Both the position numbers and the translations under genes were made by a program. A stretch of 64,000 nt of DNA, from positions 2,490,358 through 2,554,357 of the forward strand of contig CP070815.1 of assembly GCA_020344215.1 (NCBI GenBank), given 5' to 3'. The notes beneath the pieces were generated by a model that saw nothing but the letters and a program-made list of their open reading frames with translations, ran no database searches and had not been told where the DNA came from. The DNA is from Gemmatimonadota bacterium (lineage in GTDB: Bacteria > Gemmatimonadota > Gemmatimonadetes > Palauibacterales > KS3-K002). Of this stretch, positions 45,089 to 55,624 are shown piece after piece (position 1 is the stretch's first letter; every line of letters begins with the position of its first letter).

Positions 45089-45494
45089 AAGTCAGCCCTC
45101 CTGCGTCGGTTCGTTGCAGTGCCCATTCCAGACTTCACAACGTCCATCCAAGCGAAGAGCAAGCTCACAAGCCTGTGTACAGACACACAGCCAATCGTCA
45201 TACCGGCCACGATGGCTGCTGCCACCGCACTGAGGAACAGCTATCCCGGGCCTTCTCCCGGTCGGACGGATGGGTGAGGACCGACAAGTTGTTGTTGCGA
45301 GCATCGTCCGTCAAGTACTCGCCCGAGACCCTGAAATCGAGGCTGGCCATGAACCCGACTCCCAAACGTGTGGGAGGGCCTTCCCAGCCTCCCCGAGGAT
45401 GCAGATATTGGGCCGACCGACAGGCTAGTCGCGCGAGAGACGGCAGGTTCAGCCTGTCACGGGACGCAAGAAGGGGGATGACTGGCAACGGCCG

Positions 45495-48023
45495 CTATCG
45501 GATATCCGCCCTTCGCAGCCGGTTGGCATTCGTGACCACGTTGATCGAGGAGAACGCCATGGCGGCCTCGGCGATCGCCGGGTGCAGCAAGCCGAGAATC
45601 GCTACGGGGATGGCGACCACATTGTAGAAGTAGGCCCAGAACAGGTTCTGGCGGATTTTGCGGAACGTGGCGTGCGAGAGCCGGATCGCCCGCACCACCG
45701 CCGACAGATCACCCTGGACCAGCGTTACGTCCGCCGCCTCGATCGCGATGTCGGTGCCTGTGCCGATGGCGATGCCAACGTCGGCTTGCTTGAGCGCCGG
45801 CGCATCGTTGATGCCGTCGCCGACCATGGCGACCTTGCAACCTTCAGACTGCAGCCGCTTCACCTCGTTCGCCTTCTGGTCGGGGAGCACCTCGGAAATC
45901 ACGCGGTCGATACGCACCTCGCGTCCTATGGCGCGCGCTGTTCCCTCGTTGTCGCCGGTGAGCATGACGGTCTCGAGGCCGAAGCGCTTGAGCTCGGCGA
46001 TGGCGGCCTGCGAGTCGTCTTTCAGCCGATCGGCCACGGCGATCACTCCCGCCGGCCGGCCGGCGACGGCGACGAGCATGGCGCTCTTCGCCTCGTCCTC
46101 CAGGCGTGCAAGTTCCGAAGCGAGCTGGTCGACAGCGACGTATTCCTCCTCCATCAGGCGCGCGTTGCCAACCAACACGACCTGCCCGTCGATCCGAGCT
46201 CGCACGCCACGCCCCACCAGCGCCTCGAAGTGCGTCGCTTCGATGATGGTGAGCTGACGTGACACCGCCTCGGCGACGATCGCCGACCCGATCGGGTGCT
46301 CAGAGCCCGACTCGGCGCTCGCCGCATAGCGAAGCGTGTCGTCTTCCTTCCAACCGGCGGCCGGGACGACATCGGTGACCCCGGGCTCGCCGCGCGTGAT
46401 GGTTCCCGTCTTGTCGAGGACGATCGTGTCGATCTCCTTCAGGACCTGGATGGCGGCACCGCTGCGAACCAGTACTCCGTTCTCGGCACCCATGCCGGTG
46501 CCGACCATCAGCGCCGTGGGCGTGGCGAGCCCCAGTGCGCACGGGCAGGCGATGACCAGCACCGCGACCGCCGCGAATATCGCCAGCGAGACGCTCCCCA
46601 AGCTTGGATCGACCCAGGGCAGAAATCCGGAGGCCCAGTCGGCGATCCCGCGGAAGAAGCCGGGGAAGAGGAGCCAGGCGACGAAGGTCGCAGCCGCCAC
46701 CGCCAGGACTGTGGGAACGAACACAGCCGTGACCCGGTCGGCGAACTCCTGGATCGGTACTTTCGTCCCCTGCGCCTCTTCCACCATGCGGATCACGTGC
46801 GCGAGGAAGGTGTCCTCGCCGACGCCGGTGGCGCGGACCCGGAGCATCCCCTCCTTGTTGATGGTCGCGCCGATGACCTTGTCGCCTTCACACTTCTCTA
46901 CCGGCATCGACTCGCCGGTGGCCAGCGACTCGTCCACTGAGCTGTGGCCCCCTATCACCTCGCCGTCGGTGGGGATCTTTTCGCCGGGTCGAACCACGAG
47001 GAGATCGCCGACATCGACTTCCTCGATGGGGACCTCGACCTCCGCACCACCTCGCTCGACACGCGCCGTCTTCGCCTCGAGCGAGAGGAGCTTCTGTATG
47101 GCCGCCGAGGTACGGCCCCGCGCCTTTGTCTCTACCCAGCGGCCGGTCAGATGGATGGCCATGATCATGGCACCGACGCCGGCGTAGTTGAGGAGCTTGG
47201 GCGCAAAGCCCATATCGTAGGCGACGGCCACGAAGCCGGTGGCGAATGCAACCGTAGAGCCGATGGCGATGAGGGTATCCATCGTCGGCGTGCGGTTGAG
47301 TAGGCTGCGGTAGCCGCCTCGTACCGTCTCCCAGCCCCAGATGAAGAGGACGGGCGCGGCGAGGACGATCATCCCCACATCGAAGGCCAGGGCGGAAGGC
47401 CACATCACCCCGAAGAACATGTGGGGGATCATCCAGGCGATGATCGGCGCCGTGAACGCCCAGGCCCACACCATCCGCCCGCGCGCCCGATCGACCTTCC
47501 GCTGGTCCTCCTCGAGCCGCTCCCGCTCCCGGGCCAGGCGTCGCTCGGCGCCGGGCCGCTCGACGGCCGCCAGCGCGTAGCCCGCTCCCTCGACGGCACG
47601 TCGCAGATCGTCGACCCGAGCGTGATCGGGCGCGTGCTCCACCGTCGCCTTGTGGGTGGCGATGTTGACGCTGGCCGAGCTCACGCCTTCCACTTGCGCG
47701 AGCGCCTTCTCGACCGCCTGAGCGCAGGAGGCGCAGTGCATCCCCTCGATATCGAGCACGACCTTCTGCGGTCGCGCCTTCACTTTGTAGCCCGCCGCCT
47801 CGACGGCCTGGCGGAAATCGTCCAGGCCGACGCGCGCGGCGTCGTATTCGACCGTCGCCTTCTCCGTCGCCAGGTTGACGTGAGCATCGTGCACGCCTTC
47901 AACGCCTTGCAGCGCACGCTCCACGTGCCCCACGCACGACGCGCAGTGCATCCCCTCGATCTCAAGGATCTCAGTGGATGTTCTCGTCTTGGTTGCCTGT
48001 CCTCTGTCTTCGTACCGGCTCAC
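45495..48023 (-). CDS. copA: Copper-translocating P1B-type ATPase
   Basis: Two N-terminal metal-binding domains with GMHCASC are present. The remaining motifs are the CPC motif (ACPCALG), DKTGT and GDGINDAP. Confidence 0.9.
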   Translation of the reverse strand: MSRYEDRGQATKTRTSTEILEIEGMHCASCVGHVERALQGVEGVHDAHVNLATEKATVEYDAARVGLDDFRQAVEAAGYKVKARPQKVVLDIEGMHCASCAQAVEKALAQVEGVSSASVNIATHKATVEHAPDHARVDDLRRAVEGAGYALAAVERPGAERRLARERERLEEDQRKVDRARGRMVWAWAFTAPIIAWMIPHMFFGVMWPSALAFDVGMIVLAAPVLFIWGWETVRGGYRSLLNRTPTMDTLIAIGSTVAFATGFVAVAYDMGFAPKLLNYAGVGAMIMAIHLTGRWVETKARGRTSAAIQKLLSLEAKTARVERGGAEVEVPIEEVDVGDLLVVRPGEKIPTDGEVIGGHSSVDESLATGESMPVEKCEGDKVIGATINKEGMLRVRATGVGEDTFLAHVIRMVEEAQGTKVPIQEFADRVTAVFVPTVLAVAAATFVAWLLFPGFFRGIADWASGFLPWVDPSLGSVSLAIFAAVAVLVIACPCALGLATPTALMVGTGMGAENGVLVRSGAAIQVLKEIDTIVLDKTGTITRGEPGVTDVVPAAGWKEDDTLRYAASAESGSEHPIGSAIVAEAVSRQLTIIEATHFEALVGRGVRARIDGQVVLVGNARLMEEEYVAVDQLASELARLEDEAKSAMLVAVAGRPAGVIAVADRLKDDSQAAIAELKRFGLETVMLTGDNEGTARAIGREVRIDRVISEVLPDQKANEVKRLQSEGCKVAMVGDGINDAPALKQADVGIAIGTGTDIAIEAADVTLVQGDLSAVVRAIRLSHATFRKIRQNLFWAYFYNVVAIPVAILGLLHPAIAEAAMAFSSINVVTNANRLRRADIR

Positions 48024-48272
48024 GATCGCTCTCTTTCATTTCTCCGACCATCGAAGGGAAGCCGAGGGTGTCGTCGAGTGTGCCTTGGAGCGCGGCGGCG
48101 GCGAAGCCGCCGTCCCCACAATCGAGCCGCGCGACGCGGAGCGAGAGTACCTCTCGGCCTCCAGCTCGCTCACGGCGCCTGGATTACCTCGCAACAAAGA
48201 TCGCGGGCGCGAGGGCCCCGAAAGGGACCCCCGCGCCCGGGTCTGAGGGGGTGCCGGGCTGCCCCGCCGTCG

Positions 48273-48902
48273 TTACTGCTCTGGAGGCGGTGGCGGTCTC
48301 GGCTGGTCCTGCCGCTCCCGCCGCTGGGTACCGCGTCCCCTCATCCCGTGACCTCGCATCTGCCGGCAACGCTCCAGCCGCTGACGGCCGAAGATCGCAG
48401 CGCCCTCGCGCCACGTCTCGTACTTCTCACGCTGGGCGTCCGTCAGGACCTCCAGCGATTGCCGCTCAACGTTTAGTAGTCCTCGGGCCACCCCGGTCTG
48501 AAGCTCCGCGCCCTCTTCGATCAAACGCTCCAACGCGTCATAATCGCGCTCCCCGCGGGCCTGCTTCACTGCCTCGCGGTGCTCGCGCAGCCGTTCCATC
48601 TGCGCCTGCATCAGCGCGTGATGGTCCTCGCCGAGCTTCTCGAGCCGTTCGACCTGCTGCTCGCTGAGTTCCAGATCCTCCCTTAAGCCGAGGAGCATGC
48701 GAGGCCCGATGTGACCCGCTCGAAGCATGCCGCCTGCCCTAAACCCTCTCTGGCCCATCATCCCCACGTGCGCACCGCGCCAGCCCCTCAGCCCACGCGC
48801 CTGAGCCGTGTCTTCCTCCTGCGCCTGGGCCGCCCCAGAGACCGCCAGCAGGATCGGCAGCGCCAGAATCGTCGCCAGTGCCGGAATTCGCCTATTCATC
48901 AT
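48273..48902 (-). CDS. Periplasmic LTxxQ-motif protein (CpxP/Spy/ZraP-like metal-stress protein)
   Basis: The signal peptide reads LAVSGAAQAQ. The LTDAQREKY motif is present. The gene sits between csoR and copA. Confidence 0.5.
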   Translation of the reverse strand: MMNRRIPALATILALPILLAVSGAAQAQEEDTAQARGLRGWRGAHVGMMGQRGFRAGGMLRAGHIGPRMLLGLREDLELSEQQVERLEKLGEDHHALMQAQMERLREHREAVKQARGERDYDALERLIEEGAELQTGVARGLLNVERQSLEVLTDAQREKYETWREGAAIFGRQRLERCRQMRGHGMRGRGTQRRERQDQPRPPPPPEQ

Positions 48903-49011
48903 CCACCCTCCGTTCGGTGGTCGGTGTCTCTCCTACTCGTTAACAATGACACCTATCCCCACCGAAACGTTACGGCCGGCGACCCGTCAGCCCGCTGCCC
49001 CGGCGCCCCGG

Positions 49012-49311
49012 CTACTTCACGTACCGATACAGCAGGTCGACGATCTCCTCCCTCACCTGCTCGGCCGGCTCGCCGCCCTGCTGGATGGCGTGCGTCACAC
49101 AGCGCTCCAGGTGGTTCTTCAGCAACAGCTTCTCCGCCCCGTGCAGCGCCGAGTGGACCGCGGCGAACTGCTGGAGCACGTCGGGGCAGTAGCGCTCCCC
49201 CTCGACCATGCGCTGGATCCCCTCGACCTGGCCCCGTGCCCGGGCGAGGCGCTTGAGGATATCGCGCTTTGCGCTGTCGGCAATGCCCATGGCGTGCGCG
49301 GGCTTTGGCAT
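49012..49311 (-). CDS. csoR: CsoR/RcnR-family metal-sensing transcriptional repressor (DUF156)
   Basis: The segment RLARARGQVEGIQRMVEGERYCPDVLQQFAAVHSALHG is present with the conserved Cys and His ligands. AGAGGAGG lies 6 nt upstream of the ATG at 49311. Confidence 0.8.
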   Translation of the reverse strand: MPKPAHAMGIADSAKRDILKRLARARGQVEGIQRMVEGERYCPDVLQQFAAVHSALHGAEKLLLKNHLERCVTHAIQQGGEPAEQVREEIVDLLYRYVK

Positions 49312-49323
49312 CGGGCCTCCTCT

Positions 49324-49368
49324 GCTATACTGGTGTATAGTATAGCGCGGCGCCGTCACCCCTGTCAA
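49324..49368 (-). promoter_or_regulatory. csoR promoter TTGACA-N18-TATACT with an inverted repeat GCTATACT-N7-AGTATAGC over the -10 element and transcription start region (candidate CsoR operator)
   Basis: The reverse complement reads TTGACAggggtgacggcgccgcgcTATACTatacaccagtatagcagaggaggcccgATG. The palindrome spans 49324-49346. Confidence 0.55.
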
Positions 49369-49380
49369 TCCCTCCCTCTG

Positions 49381-49480
49381 CTCATCGCCATCACCGTCCT
49401 CGTCGTCATCGGCACCCCTGTCGTGCATCGAGCACGATTACGATTACGAGCACGATTACGAGGATGAACGCGATTAGAGG
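49381..49480. repeat. Copy R4, a degenerate member of the hexamer-repeat hairpin family (CGAGCACGATTACGATTACGAGCACGATTACGAGG), lying between the cytochrome c 3' end and the csoR promoter
   Basis: Period-6 CGATTA/CGAGCA units are present. The left arm cctcgtcgtcatcg is only partly complementary. Confidence 0.5.
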
Positions 49481-49617
49481 GTGCTATTGGGCGGAGGGTT
49501 GGCGGGTGGAATCACGGGAATTCGGGGGAGCCGGAAGGCCGGGGGGCACTTCTCCAGTTCCCGACCTCGCTGAATCCTCGAACCCCCGAATCGACCTTCC
49601 AGGATTGCCGCGCTATC

Positions 49618-50400
49618 TCAGCGGACCGCCCGCTCTCTGAGATAGCCGGTGATCGCATCCAGCTCCTGGGTGCTCAGCGGCTCAACGTCGAGCAGGCCCA
49701 TGTAGGCCTGCATCTGCGCGACGACGCGATCCCACCCCGCTGCTGTGTGAGCGCTCGGCGCCGGCAGCTCGTGACACACCGAGCACCGCTGGATGAAGAG
49801 ATCCCTGCCCGCCCCGGGTGTCAGATCATCCGGCCCGGGAGTGGGAAGCGCGTACTGCTGCAGATAGGCGATAATCGTGTCCATGTCCGCCTGCGAGGGG
49901 ACCTCGACACTCTCATAGCCCGCCATCACGACATCGCCGATGAGGCCGGTCGTCAGCGGGCCGCCCAGGCGGTCCGTGAGCTGCTGCATGCGCAGCAGGT
50001 TGCGCTTCACCAGGATGGGCCACTCGGCGGCGCTGTGCATCTGAGGCGTGGGCAACCAGTGGCACTGAATGCAGTAGACCTGGAGCAGACCGGCGCCGCG
50101 CGAGCCCGGCTCGGGCAGGTCCTCGGGCTTGAAGTCGTTGGGCGGCAAGCCGACACCGATCGAGCTGACCATCCGCCAGCGCTGCCCGCGCTCGAGGCTG
50201 GCAGTGAGGGTACCGCCAAGCTCGGCCAACACGCTGTCGACTGCCACCAGGTCGACCGGCTCCTCGGACGCACCCGGCTGGCAGCCGGTCGCCGCCGCGG
50301 CGAGCATGACGAGAGCGACGACACCACCTGCGAGCAACGAGCGGAGAGCAGATCGATGCGACGCAGATCCTTCGCTGTAAGCCTGGGGCCTCGTGCACAT
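49618..50400 (-). CDS. Dihaem c-type cytochrome lipoprotein
   Basis: Two CxxCH motifs (CIQCH, CSVCH) are present. The lipobox is AAATGCQ. Confidence 0.7.
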   Translation of the reverse strand: MCTRPQAYSEGSASHRSALRSLLAGGVVALVMLAAAATGCQPGASEEPVDLVAVDSVLAELGGTLTASLERGQRWRMVSSIGVGLPPNDFKPEDLPEPGSRGAGLLQVYCIQCHWLPTPQMHSAAEWPILVKRNLLRMQQLTDRLGGPLTTGLIGDVVMAGYESVEVPSQADMDTIIAYLQQYALPTPGPDDLTPGAGRDLFIQRCSVCHELPAPSAHTAAGWDRVVAQMQAYMGLLDVEPLSTQELDAITGYLRERAVR

Positions 50401-50438
50401 TGCCTCCCCCTTCCGTAGAAGCCGGCGGCCGCTCTAGC

Positions 50439-50993
50439 TCAGGCCGCCTTCGAGCGTCGCAGTGTGGCCAGCCCGGCGAACGTGTAGTCGATAATCGCGA
50501 TGGCTGATGCCGCGCCGACTGCCACCATGAAGACGGTGAAGCGCTCCGGCACCAAGAGCAGCACGAAAAGCGTTACAACCTGCAGAGCGGTCACCAACTT
50601 GCCGGCGGGCCGGGACTGGGCCGGGACGTTGACTCCCATCGCCTTCCCGACCAGCCACCCTGCGCCGACATACAGATCGCGTGATACCAGAATCAGGTAC
50701 TCCCGCGACCCTAGATAGGGCCCCGGGAGGAAAGCCGCCAGGGTGATAACCACAAACAGCTTGTCGAACAGCGGGTCCATGATGGCGCCCGCTTTGCTCT
50801 CCACGCCCAAGCGCCGGGCGAGCCACCCATCCAGCGCATCGGTGAGGGCACCGAGGAACAGGAGGATGCCGCGCCACAGCAGGTTATCGATCACGAAGAA
50901 GGCGGCCGCGATCGGCAGGCGAAGCGCCGAAATGAAGTTCGGCACGTTTGCCAGCGCGGATCGGCGGTTCGCGGTCGCTTCGGCGCTACTCAT
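50439..50993 (-). CDS. pgsA: CDP-alcohol phosphatidyltransferase (phosphatidylglycerophosphate synthase-like)
   Basis: The family motif DALDGWLARR...G...DPLFDK is present. Length is 184 aa and the protein is membrane-embedded. Confidence 0.75.
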   Translation of the reverse strand: MSSAEATANRRSALANVPNFISALRLPIAAAFFVIDNLLWRGILLFLGALTDALDGWLARRLGVESKAGAIMDPLFDKLFVVITLAAFLPGPYLGSREYLILVSRDLYVGAGWLVGKAMGVNVPAQSRPAGKLVTALQVVTLFVLLLVPERFTVFMVAVGAASAIAIIDYTFAGLATLRRSKAA

Positions 50994-51053
50994 GTCCCCT
51001 CATATAGCGGGTCCGTCCTCGTTACCATTGGGCGACAGTACAATACCCAACCG

Positions 51054-52004
51054 CTATCTCGGCCGCGAGGTCTCCAGCCCCCGGCGGGCCCCCGAAGTGC
51101 GCTGCAAGACGGACCGGAACGATGTCGGATCGAGCCCGAACACCTCGCGCAGCACGTTTCCGTCCCCCGGAACGATGCTCTCCTCGAACATCATGGTCAG
51201 CTCATCCGAGTTGACCGGGGTCGGTAGGCGCCAGTTGGAAGCCAGATCGACGAATGCGCGGACGAGAGCCGGCGAAATGTGGATCAGCCGACGCCGGAGC
51301 CCGAACTCCTCGCAGATGATCTCGAGTATGCGATTGTAAGTAAGCTTGTGAGGTCCCCCGATATCAAAGCTCTGGTTCAGAACATCCTCGCGCTCCGCCG
51401 CCTGAGCGAAAGCCTCGGCCACGTCCACGACGTCGACCGGCTGAAGTCGGTAGCGACCGTCACCGATCACCGGCGTCAGCGGGAGCCGGCGGACCAAGCG
51501 GAGAAGCAGCCGCATGAACTCTCCGTCAGGCCCCACTATCACAGACGGGCGGAGGATCACGTAGGGTACGTCCGACCTGCGGACGACTTCCTCGGCCTCG
51601 TACTTGGTGCGCTGATAGGGTGTCCCCTGCGCCTTGGCTCCCAGGGCGCTCATCAGAACGAACTTGCGGACGCCCGCCTGCTGCGCCGCTTCAAGCATGC
51701 GCTGCGTGCCCCGCGTGTGCACGTTCTCGAACGTCTGGTCCGGCCCCACTTCACGGATGATGCCGACCAGGTGGACGATCACGTCGCACCCGGCGACCGC
51801 CTGCTCGAGCCCTGCCTCCCGGGTGACGTCGCCTTGCACGAGCTCGGCGCTCAGCTCACTCAGCGAAGCGGCCCGACCCGGCTCTCGAACCAGCGCGCGC
51901 AGCCGGTGACCGCGCTGCGCCAGTCGGCGGGCGACTTGACGCCCGACGAAACCGGTGCCGCCGGTGATGAGTACCGATAGCTGCGGGACTGTCGCTTCGT
52001 TCAT
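51054..52004 (-). CDS. NAD(P)-dependent epimerase/dehydratase-family (NmrA/complex-I-NDUFA9-like) protein
   Basis: The Rossmann motif VLITGGTGFVGRQVARRL is present. The start was set at an internal Met. Confidence 0.75.
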   Translation of the reverse strand: MNEATVPQLSVLITGGTGFVGRQVARRLAQRGHRLRALVREPGRAASLSELSAELVQGDVTREAGLEQAVAGCDVIVHLVGIIREVGPDQTFENVHTRGTQRMLEAAQQAGVRKFVLMSALGAKAQGTPYQRTKYEAEEVVRRSDVPYVILRPSVIVGPDGEFMRLLLRLVRRLPLTPVIGDGRYRLQPVDVVDVAEAFAQAAEREDVLNQSFDIGGPHKLTYNRILEIICEEFGLRRRLIHISPALVRAFVDLASNWRLPTPVNSDELTMMFEESIVPGDGNVLREVFGLDPTSFRSVLQRTSGARRGLETSRPR

Positions 52005-52011
52005 CGCCCAC

Positions 52012-52518
52012 TCACTTCCCACGCGGCCCACCCGGCGACCGGGACGGTGCCGGCGACGCGCTGCGGGCCTCCGTCGCTACCGGCTCGAGCCGTTCCCGCG
52101 CAGCGGCGAGTACCTGGCGCGCGTTGGCGTAGGTGAGCCGGGGCGCCGCTTCCTCCGCTGCCAGCCAGCAGCAGGCCTGTATTCCCTCTGCACGCTGGGG
52201 CAACGCCACCTCTCCCGGGTCAGCCTCCACCAAGAAGTAGTCGCAGAACTTGTGGATCAGCGCTCCCGCCCCCCTGAAGTACCAGTCCGTGGTACCGACC
52301 CACGCCTTGACCTCGAGCCGGGTCAGGCCGGTCTCCTCGCGGCACTCGCGCAGCGCCGCCGCTTCGAGGCTCTCGCCGGCCTCCACGTGCCCCTTGGGCC
52401 AGCCCCAGTTACCGTAGCCGTCCTTGATGAGCAACACTTCGAGAGTCGCCTCCGGGATCCGCCGGTAGATGACACCCCCAGCACTCAGCTCGATCTTTGC
52501 CGCCTGGACGCTTGTCAT
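52012..52518 (-). CDS. NUDIX hydrolase
   Basis: The Nudix box GWPKGHVEAGESLEAAALRECREETGL is present. The start was set at the internal Met MTSVQ. Confidence 0.75.
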   Translation of the reverse strand: MTSVQAAKIELSAGGVIYRRIPEATLEVLLIKDGYGNWGWPKGHVEAGESLEAAALRECREETGLTRLEVKAWVGTTDWYFRGAGALIHKFCDYFLVEADPGEVALPQRAEGIQACCWLAAEEAAPRLTYANARQVLAAARERLEPVATEARSASPAPSRSPGGPRGK

Positions 52519-52811
52519 CACACCTCCAGTAAGACGGGTGACGGGGCCCGCTCGGGCCGGATGCCGATCCTCTGGCGCATGATTATCTTCAGCAGAGCGC
52601 CAGACATGGCCGACGCGGTCGGCGGCGCCGCAGCGCCGTCCCTGAGGAAGCGGCCGTGCAGCGGCACACAATTGCCGTAGCTGAATTGACCGAGTCTGAG
52701 CATGGTGGGGCAACCTAAGGCGAGCCGGACGTACCCGGCAACGCCGACATCAAAGTGGGCGGTCGGGGCACGATGCAGCGCCCTGCCGAGCCGTGTGCGG
52801 CGGTCGGTGCG

Positions 52812-53777
52812 ATGAACAGCCGTCGCGTGCTCTGGTCCCAGCTGCGCATAGGCGTCACGACGTCGCTGTCGGTTGCCGCCGCTTCGCTCCTGATCTTCTT
52901 CGTCGACGACGTCCGCGACGCCATCGAGGAACGCTACACGCTCCACTTTCACACCTCCACGACCCAGGCGCTGCGGGCGCGGGCGCCCGTCTGGCTCGCC
53001 GGCCAACCGGTCGGCCTCGTCAGCGGACTCCGGTTCGAGCCACCTCGGCCCGACACGCCCGAGCGGCTGATCGTCCAGCTGAGTATCAGCGTCGACGCGC
53101 AGCCCTTCATCACCGAGGGCGCCGTCGCCCAGGTGACCACAGCCAGCCTTCTGGGAGAGGCGGTCGTCAATATCCTGCCGGCCGCGAGCCCGGCCGCTCC
53201 CCTTCGCGACGGGGACGAGTTGCCCACGGCGGCAGAACTCGACCCCACCGAGCTCACGCGACGACTGGAGAGCCTTTACGACTCGGTGCCGCCCGTGTCG
53301 CGCCGCTGGCGCGACCTCCTCGAGCAGGTACGCCACGGCGAAGGCACGCTCCCGCGGCTGGCCCAGCGGCCGGCGGAGCTGCGCGAGCTGTTCGGCAACC
53401 TGAGCGAGGTGTCCGCGATAGTGGACACGCTGAGCAGCGCGGCGGGCGGGCTCGCCGACTTCCTGGCCGACGAAGAGGTGCGGGCGGCACTCCGTCGGCT
53501 CGGGCCGCGGATCGAGCAGCTGGCCACGCTCTGGGCTGAGAGGAGCGGGACCGTGAGCGGCTTCGCCAGGGACACGGCCCTGGCGGCGCACCTGGATGGC
53601 ATCGCCGAACACGTGGCTCGTATCAACGAGCGCATCGAATCGGGCCGGGGCACACTCGGCCGGCTGCTTCATGACCGGGCGCTGACCGACGAGCTGGAGC
53701 GAACGCGCGAGCTGTTGGCTGAGCTGAAGGCCGGCCTCACGGCCCCTGTAGGTGGAGGGGGCGGCCGGCAGCCTTAG
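52812..53777 (+). CDS. MlaD/Mce-family protein (membrane-anchored)
   Basis: An N-terminal TM anchor is followed by an Mce-domain segment (APVWLAGQPVGLVSGL...). The start could instead be 52755 or 52773. Confidence 0.55.
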   Translation: MNSRRVLWSQLRIGVTTSLSVAAASLLIFFVDDVRDAIEERYTLHFHTSTTQALRARAPVWLAGQPVGLVSGLRFEPPRPDTPERLIVQLSISVDAQPFITEGAVAQVTTASLLGEAVVNILPAASPAAPLRDGDELPTAAELDPTELTRRLESLYDSVPPVSRRWRDLLEQVRHGEGTLPRLAQRPAELRELFGNLSEVSAIVDTLSSAAGGLADFLADEEVRAALRRLGPRIEQLATLWAERSGTVSGFARDTALAAHLDGIAEHVARINERIESGRGTLGRLLHDRALTDELERTRELLAELKAGLTAPVGGGGGRQP

Positions 53778-54181
53778 CGACCGCGGCGGCGGCGGGCCTT
53801 CCCCAAGTCGCCGGGGCCTGGGAGGGAGCCGTCGATGACGAAGGTGATCTCTCCCTTGCCATCGGCGGTCCGCGACGTGACGACGACCTGATCCACCCGC
53901 CGCGACCTATCCGCAACCGTGATCTCGAAATCGATCTTGCCGTCCCCCGAGGTGATCCGCGTACGGACTCGGTCGCCAGGCGACCGCTCGGCGCAGGAGG
54001 CCGGGTTACGGAACAGCGTCTTCGTGGACTGGCGATTACTCCCCGAGAGCGTACGTGAGATCTTGATCTGACGCAGCCAATCCGGCTGGTAGCTTATCCT
54101 GTATCTGGCACCGTGCTGGTCCGTGCCTTCTCCCTCGCGGTTGTGCCGTGCCATCGCAGGCTCAATCCCCCCACTGGGCAA
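53774..54181 (-). CDS. Hypothetical protein (Arg-rich tail)
   Basis: An ORF with high third-position GC and no competing frame. No family was recognised. Confidence 0.3.
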   Translation of the reverse strand: MPSGGIEPAMARHNREGEGTDQHGARYRISYQPDWLRQIKISRTLSGSNRQSTKTLFRNPASCAERSPGDRVRTRITSGDGKIDFEITVADRSRRVDQVVVTSRTADGKGEITFVIDGSLPGPGDLGKARRRRGR

Positions 54182-54270
54182 AGTGGAAGCGTCCGAACGC
54201 TGTCCTGAAAAGGAAAACCAATCTCTTTCAATAACCTAGACGCGTCAAGACGCCCCTGCCCTGACCCCCC

Positions 54271-55443
54271 CTATAGCCGGAACGGCACCGGGACGAAACA
54301 GAGCACGAAGGCCACCGCCGCGGCCACCCCGATGGCAACCCGCACTCGGTCCGGCCCTTCCTCCGAGTTGTAGAGCGGTGGATGCCGGATTCGCCCCCGC
54401 CCGACCGCGAACACCAGAACCGCCCACACCCACCAGCCCGCCCAGTGGAAGCCGAGCGGGATCAGGGCCAGAAAGAACACCCAGGCCAGGAGTCGCTGGC
54501 GCTGTCCCAGCAAGGCGTAGAGGAGGTGACCGCCGTCGAGCTGCGAGATCGGCAGCAGGTTGAGCGCCGTGACGAAGAGACCCAACCACCCGGCAAAGGC
54601 GAGCGGGTGCAGCTCGACCACCTGGCCGGTGCCTGGAAGGTCGAGGGCCAGGCGCGCCAGCCCCGACATGGCCAGGGAGCCGCCCAGCCAGAAACGCTCG
54701 GTCGCGAACCGCACCAGGTAACCGGTCGGCATCTCCTGCGCCACGACGATCACACGGCTGTGGGCCAGCCCCCACCAAAGCAGCGGCAGAGAAGCCAGAA
54801 AGCTGAGCAGCGGGCCCGCGACACCCACATCGAGCAGCGTCGACCTGCTGAGGACCGGCGAGCGCAGGCGGATGAACGCCCCCAGCGTGCCGATCACCGA
54901 CACGTATGGCGGGAACGGTATGAAAAACGGCGGTGTTACACTGATACGGTGGTGGCGCGCCGCGAAGTAGTGGCCGGCCTCGTGCAGCGCCAGAACACCC
55001 ACCAGCGCCAGACCGAACGGGAGCCCCGGTACCAGGGCACCGAGATCGACGGCCACCGGGATCGGCACCCACCAGCCACCGAACAGGCGCAGCGCCTGGA
55101 ACCAGATAGGCGCGTGACCGGTCAGCAGGCTCCCTGCCACGACGGTGCTGAACAGGGTCGCCACCAGCAGAACGATATGCAGCCACCAGCGCTCGCGCCG
55201 CGCCGCCGGCTCGAACAGGAAGACTTCCCAGCCCTCGGGCCCCTCGCGCCTCCCCACCGAGCCCGGCCAGTCCGCCAGGACCTGCCGGACCTCCGGCGAC
55301 TCGGGCGTGAGCTCCGGCCGCAGGCGCCCGGTCACGAGCCGGCCGGCCGGAACCGACTCGACCCGGCAGAGGGCGAAGATTGCCAGGTGGTCCAGCGGCC
55401 CTTGACCGCGCGTAGACTGACTATTAGAATCGAGTGTCACCAA
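54271..55443 (-). CDS. Site-2 protease (M50-family intramembrane metalloprotease)
   Basis: An HEAGH motif lies within a TM helix and the protein is multi-TM. Confidence 0.75.
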   Translation of the reverse strand: MVTLDSNSQSTRGQGPLDHLAIFALCRVESVPAGRLVTGRLRPELTPESPEVRQVLADWPGSVGRREGPEGWEVFLFEPAARRERWWLHIVLLVATLFSTVVAGSLLTGHAPIWFQALRLFGGWWVPIPVAVDLGALVPGLPFGLALVGVLALHEAGHYFAARHHRISVTPPFFIPFPPYVSVIGTLGAFIRLRSPVLSRSTLLDVGVAGPLLSFLASLPLLWWGLAHSRVIVVAQEMPTGYLVRFATERFWLGGSLAMSGLARLALDLPGTGQVVELHPLAFAGWLGLFVTALNLLPISQLDGGHLLYALLGQRQRLLAWVFFLALIPLGFHWAGWWVWAVLVFAVGRGRIRHPPLYNSEEGPDRVRVAIGVAAAVAFVLCFVPVPFRL

Positions 55444-55624
55444 CCAGACGTCCGCCGCGAGTTCTCACTGCACAAACTAGAGCAACACCGAAAACGTAAA
55501 GCAAAGTAACTCAACGACTAATCGCTGCTGGCCGTACGCGCCGCCGGCGCGCCGATCAAGTTTGCGCACGACCCTGTCTACGCAGCTCCCCCGGCCAGAC
55601 ATGTAACCAAACCAGAAGAAACAT

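Noticed and set aside
54245-55186. Long alternative-frame ORFs such as 54245..55186, 41466..42356, 5961..6377, 10417..11439 and 13108..14775
   Set aside because: They overlap well-supported genes in other frames or on the opposite strand. They are Arg/Pro/Gly-rich, as expected for spurious ORFs in about 70% GC DNA.
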